From NCBI GenBank assembly GCA_964426185.1, contig CAYRPF010000038.1:1-10925 (forward strand): a DNA stretch of 10,925 bases. The letters run 5' to 3'. Positions 7,796 to 10,925 of this stretch are shown here, piece by piece. The notes below the pieces were generated by a model. That model did no database searches. It was not told the origin of the DNA and worked only from the letters and a program-made list of their open reading frames with translations. The position numbers and the translations under genes are program-made. This DNA comes from an uncultured archaeon. Its GTDB lineage: Archaea; Asgardarchaeota; Lokiarchaeia; Sigyniarchaeales; Promethearchaeaceae. Within the stretch, counting starts at the first letter, position 1. Each line of letters starts with the position of its first letter.

Positions 7796-8317
7796 TCAAG
7801 AAAAATCCAAAGAAGGATCACATCCCTCTTTTAATACTCCAATTTTAATTAAATAATCTAAAATAATTTGGCAAATGTCATTATCAAACGTTTCGTAGAT
7901 CGCTTTATTATTCTTCTTTTGGGTAATTGGCTCTTTAAATTTCTCATAAAATAAATCTAATCCACGTTGGGCTTCTTCTTCTAAATAATCTTTCACCATA
8001 TTTGGGCGGAAAAACAAAGTTAAAATTAAATTATGTCTCTGAACGATACTAAGTTCTATATTTAGTCCACCAATGAAGATGCGATTGATATGCCCTACAT
8101 TTTCTTCTCCAAACATGGCTAGAGCCGCAATGAACTGTGAAATAAGTTCCATTTTAATTTCAGGATCAACTTGGATATTATAGAGCACATCTCCCGTGTT
8201 GCGTGAAACTACAAGGCCTAAAACATATTTTTTCAAGATTTTTTCAATTATTTCACATTGATTCTCAGGAATATTTGCTCTAAATCGATTAAAAATTATT
8301 ACGGATCCATTATCCAT
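7796..8317 (-). CDS. Stand-alone longin-like domain protein
   Basis: Pattern b1 VLGLVVS, G-turn, b2 VLYNIQV, a1 MELISQFIAALAMFGEE, b3-b5 INRIFIG/IELSIVQR/LILTLFFR, a2 YLEEEAQRGLDLFYEKF, a3 YETFDNDICQIILDY. This matches longin topology (sedlin/AP-sigma/Mon1-like). It starts 25 nt after the GTPase stop on the same strand. Confidence 0.7.
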   Translation of the reverse strand: MDNGSVIIFNRFRANIPENQCEIIEKILKKYVLGLVVSRNTGDVLYNIQVDPEIKMELISQFIAALAMFGEENVGHINRIFIGGLNIELSIVQRHNLILTLFFRPNMVKDYLEEEAQRGLDLFYEKFKEPITQKKNNKAIYETFDNDICQIILDYLIKIGVLKEGCDPSLDFS

Positions 8318-8342
8318 TATTAGTGCATTCCTTTCTTTATAA

Positions 8343-9296
8343 TTACTGTAATCCTTCTTCTATCTTAAATATCTCTATTGCCAGTTTATAGAACATGTCT
8401 TGAATGTTTTCTCCAGTTTTAGCAGAGCATTCCATAAATAAAAAGCCATGCTCCATTGCAAATTTCAAACCCTCATCACGACTGACTTGACGTTCCAAAT
8501 CTATTTTGTTTCCCACCAATAGTGTAGGCACCTTGCCGCAGTTGTCCTCCAATTCTTGTATCCACTTTGAGAGATTTTCGAACGACAGCCGATTACTAAC
8601 ATCATAGCACAATAAAGCACCTCGAGCATCTCGATAATACATCCCTCTTATTTTATCGTAAAGAGATTGACCCGCTGCGTCCCAAACATTTATTTTGGCG
8701 GTAAATCGATAATTCCCCCCGAATAAAATATCACTGGATATGTATTGACCTTTAATTTCTTTACTCCCGAAGTCAACCCCCAGGGTAGTTTTCAAGTCTT
8801 TTTTGAAATAATCATCGGTAAATCGGACTTTTATGGCTGTTTTTCCTACTGCAGTATCTCCAATTTCAATGATTTTCCAAGAATAATTGTTACGAATTAA
8901 TGCTCTGGCTTCCGTTTCTGCCCAAATTTTAATAGCTGGCCCTGAAATTAAATTTGGTTCCATTTCATCAATATTTGCTAATTTTACTAAATAACCTAAA
9001 TCGTAAGGATTTGTAGCCATTAGTTTTAAAGCATTTTGATTTATTTCTTGGATCTTACCACTGCATGGAGAGTTTAAAGTCGTTATTCCTGTATTTGTTG
9101 TAATTGCGATAAAGGGTTCACCGATTTTTAAATCATTCTCTGAAAGCCATTTTAATTCGATTGGATTTCTAAGAAATGCATAGCCAATTTGATCTAAACC
9201 AATGATTTTTTTTACTGGATCGACATAAACATGCTGATATTTCGTGTAAAAAAGATGATCTGGAATATTGAATCTTCCATCTGCAATTATAACCAT
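8343..9296 (-). CDS. Fusion of an N-terminal glycine-cleavage-H-like (lipoyl-carrier fold, Lys-less) domain and a C-terminal Rab-like small GTPase
   Basis: GcvH-like part: IPDHLFYTKYQHVYV..IGLDQIGYAFL..GEPFIAITTNTGITTLNSPCSGKIQEIN..NPYDLGYLVKL. Rab part: G1 GDTAVGKT, G2/RabF1 TTLGVDF, KINVW-DAAGQ, YYRDA, LCYDVS, SFENLSKWIQEL, GNKID, ECSAKTG. Start moved from 9431 to ATG 9296 (317 aa) because GcvH similarity begins just after it and a TATA box sits 22-29 nt upstream. Confidence 0.88.
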   Translation of the reverse strand: MVIIADGRFNIPDHLFYTKYQHVYVDPVKKIIGLDQIGYAFLRNPIELKWLSENDLKIGEPFIAITTNTGITTLNSPCSGKIQEINQNALKLMATNPYDLGYLVKLANIDEMEPNLISGPAIKIWAETEARALIRNNYSWKIIEIGDTAVGKTAIKVRFTDDYFKKDLKTTLGVDFGSKEIKGQYISSDILFGGNYRFTAKINVWDAAGQSLYDKIRGMYYRDARGALLCYDVSNRLSFENLSKWIQELEDNCGKVPTLLVGNKIDLERQVSRDEGLKFAMEHGFLFMECSAKTGENIQDMFYKLAIEIFKIEEGLQ

Positions 9297-9317
9297 GTTA
9301 TATAGATGGATGTTTGG

Positions 9318-9337
9318 TTTTATAACTGTTTGCTTTC
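9318..9337 (-). promoter_or_regulatory. TATA box with purine-rich BRE-like element for the GcvH-Rab gene
   Basis: Minus strand AAGCAAACAG-TTATAAAA. The TATA (9325-9318) is 22-29 nt from ATG 9296, the spacing expected for a leaderless archaeal transcript. Confidence 0.6.
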
Positions 9338-9431
9338 TTGTTTCGATTTTCAGACAAATCATTCGCATTTGTCTTGGGCTTATTAAATGATAGGTGATAA
9401 ATGTCAACATATATATAGGAAAAAGAAACAT

Positions 9432-9457
9432 AAGTATTTAATTACCGAAAAATACTT
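9432..9457 (+). promoter_or_regulatory. Probable hdrCB promoter (TATTTAAT) overlapped by an 8-bp inverted repeat
   Basis: AAGTATTT-N10-AAATACTT. TATTTAAT (9435-9442) lies ~30-38 nt upstream of the hdrC ATG. Confidence 0.5.
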
Positions 9458-9472
9458 CTGGGGAATTTTAAC

Positions 9473-9991
9473 ATGGCGCCTTATTCTAATTTAATTCAAT
9501 TCAATACCAACTTGGTGGATGAAATTGCTCTGGACGATGACCTCGCAAAAATTAAAGCTTGCATATCATGTGGGCAATGTTCAGCTAGTTGTCCGAGCGG
9601 TAGTTTCACCGCGTTGAGAACCCGTGCAGTAATTCGAAAAGCCCTATTTGGAGTACATAAGGTTTTAGAGGATCCCGATATTTGGCTGTGCAGCACTTGC
9701 TTTAATTGCTTGGAGCATTGTCCCCGAACTATTCCTGTGACAGAAATAATTTTAAAGCTAAGGCAAATGGCGGTACGGCAAGGACATTTGATTGATCCGT
9801 TGAAAGGGGTGATAAACAACCTTATTCATAAAGGTCACGCCGTTCCCCTTGATTCAAAATGGAGTCAACTTCGACTAAAATTGGGTTTAGATGCTCTACC
9901 ACCTACGATTTCAAAATACCCTGAAGTAATGAAAGAAATAACTGATATTCTTTCTGCAATACGATTTACAACGCGTATTCCATTCCGTTAA
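9473..9991 (+). CDS. hdrC: Heterodisulfide reductase subunit C (2x[4Fe-4S])
   Basis: CISCGQCSASCPSG and IWLCSTCFNCLEHCPR ferredoxin motifs, followed by GHAVP and LRLKLGL..LPPT motifs typical of HdrC. Directly upstream of hdrB. Confidence 0.93.
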   Translation: MAPYSNLIQFNTNLVDEIALDDDLAKIKACISCGQCSASCPSGSFTALRTRAVIRKALFGVHKVLEDPDIWLCSTCFNCLEHCPRTIPVTEIILKLRQMAVRQGHLIDPLKGVINNLIHKGHAVPLDSKWSQLRLKLGLDALPPTISKYPEVMKEITDILSAIRFTTRIPFR

Positions 9992-10012
9992 TATCAATTC
10001 AAGTGATAAATT

Positions 10013-10925
10013 ATGAGAGAAGAATCCGAAACTCAAACTCCAACGGAGCAATCACCCAATTTGTCCTATTCCCTATTCTTGGGCTGTGTGATTCCCAACC
10101 GCTATCCTATGATTGAAAAAGCTTCTCGTACTTTATTTGAACATCTAAATATTAATATTAAGGAAATGAAAGGAGCTTCTTGCTGTCCCGCTCCTGGAGT
10201 CTTTCGCTCCGTGGATAAAGCACTTTGGTTGTCAATTGGTGCTCGGAATATTTCACTGGCTGAGGCGCTGCAAGCAGATATTATCAGTCTATGCAATGGT
10301 TGTTATGGCACCCTTTATGAAGTAAACCATCAAATCAAGCACAATCCTGAGTTAAATGACCGAATTAATAGCGTGTTGCAGAAAGTGGGAAAGTCCTTTA
10401 AAGGATCTGTGGCGGTGAAGCAAATTGTGGAAGTTTTGTATTATGATTACAAGATCGAAAATCTGCGTAAATTTATAACTAATCCATTGGGTTTACGCGT
10501 AGCTGTTCATTACGGTTGCCATTTACTTAAACCTACCACCGTAAAGAATTTTCCAGATAATCCCGATGATCCACATTTCTTTGATGAGTTGGTAGAAATT
10601 ACTGGTTCTACTTCTGTTGATTACCAACACAAACAAATGTGCTGCGGTGCCGGAGGTTCTTTACGAACGGGGGCAAAAGAAAGCAGTTTGAAATTTACAT
10701 TAACTAAATTACGGAGCATGAGAAGGGCTGGGGTAGATTGCATAGTAACTTGTTGCCCATTCTGTCAACTTCAATTTGATTTGGGGCAATTGGAGTTGGC
10801 CAACGAGTTGGATCCCGATGAAGAACCTTTTAACATTCCCGTTTTGTATATCAGTCAACTGCTTGGATTAGCCATGGGAATAAGCCCTGCAGAGTTGGGT
10901 ATGATCAAACCAGTGGATATGAAGG
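10013..10925 (+). CDS. hdrB: Heterodisulfide reductase subunit B (two CCG domains), truncated by the window end
   Basis: Not in the ORF track. My translation from ATG 10013 is open to the edge: YSLFLGCVIPNRYP..GASCCPAPGVFRS..ARNISLAE..CNGCYGTL..VAVHYGCHLLKP..MCCGAGG..CPFCQLQFDLGQ..IPVLYISQLLGLAMG. SD-like GTGAT 5 nt before the ATG. Confidence 0.96.
   Translation, partial: MREESETQTPTEQSPNLSYSLFLGCVIPNRYPMIEKASRTLFEHLNINIKEMKGASCCPAPGVFRSVDKALWLSIGARNISLAEALQADIISLCNGCYGTLYEVNHQIKHNPELNDRINSVLQKVGKSFKGSVAVKQIVEVLYYDYKIENLRKFITNPLGLRVAVHYGCHLLKPTTVKNFPDNPDDPHFFDELVEITGSTSVDYQHKQMCCGAGGSLRTGAKESSLKFTLTKLRSMRRAGVDCIVTCCPFCQLQFDLGQLELANELDPDEEPFNIPVLYISQLLGLAMGISPAELGMIKPVDMK

Noticed and set aside
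8922-9296. Calling the N-domain a functional gcvH or an sHdr-type lbpA
   Set aside because: The lipoyl-Lys is absent, no gcvP/T/L or lipoate ligase genes are in the window, and HdrB is methanogen-type rather than sHdr-type.
9297-9431. 45-aa N-terminal extension of the GTPase ORF in the track, which could be mistaken for a signal or membrane segment
   Set aside because: It spans the divergent promoter region. A TATA box sits at the right distance from ATG 9296, and GcvH similarity starts only after that codon.
9496-10296. Minus-strand ORFs 9496-9819 and 10102-10296
   Set aside because: Antisense to hdrC and hdrB.
9473-10925. Selenocysteine recoding or a SECIS element, since Lokiarchaeia use Sec in some Hdr/Mvh subunits
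   Set aside because: No in-frame TGA in hdrC or the visible part of hdrB; all cluster ligands are ordinary Cys codons.
1-10925. CRISPR array, tRNA/rRNA, transposase or integrase
   Set aside because: No regularly spaced repeats, cloverleaf or rRNA-like segment, or mobile-element ORF was seen; intergenic regions are short and AT-rich.

Overview
AT-rich archaeal DNA, most likely from an Asgard archaeon (Lokiarchaeia/Promethearchaeota-like). That assignment is inferred from an EF-1alpha carrying the TACK/Asgard/eukaryote-type 11-aa insert, a Rab-like GTPase and several longin-like domains. Gene order: <-tuf (EF-1alpha), <-double ribbon-helix-helix/winged-helix regulator, ->TPR+longin-like paralog 1, ->TPR+longin-like paralog 2, ->unknown protein made of two ~65-aa repeats, <-stand-alone longin-like protein, <-GcvH-fold/Rab-like GTPase fusion, ->hdrC, ->hdrB (missing from the ORF track because it runs off the right edge). 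The most notable signal is a Rab-like GTPase fused to a glycine-cleavage-H (lipoyl-carrier) fold that has lost its lipoyl-lysine. It is probably co-transcribed with a longin protein, converges on two TPR-longin genes and is divergent from hdrCB, making it a candidate proto-eukaryotic Rab/longin signalling module. All domain calls come from motif reading by eye; no searches were run.
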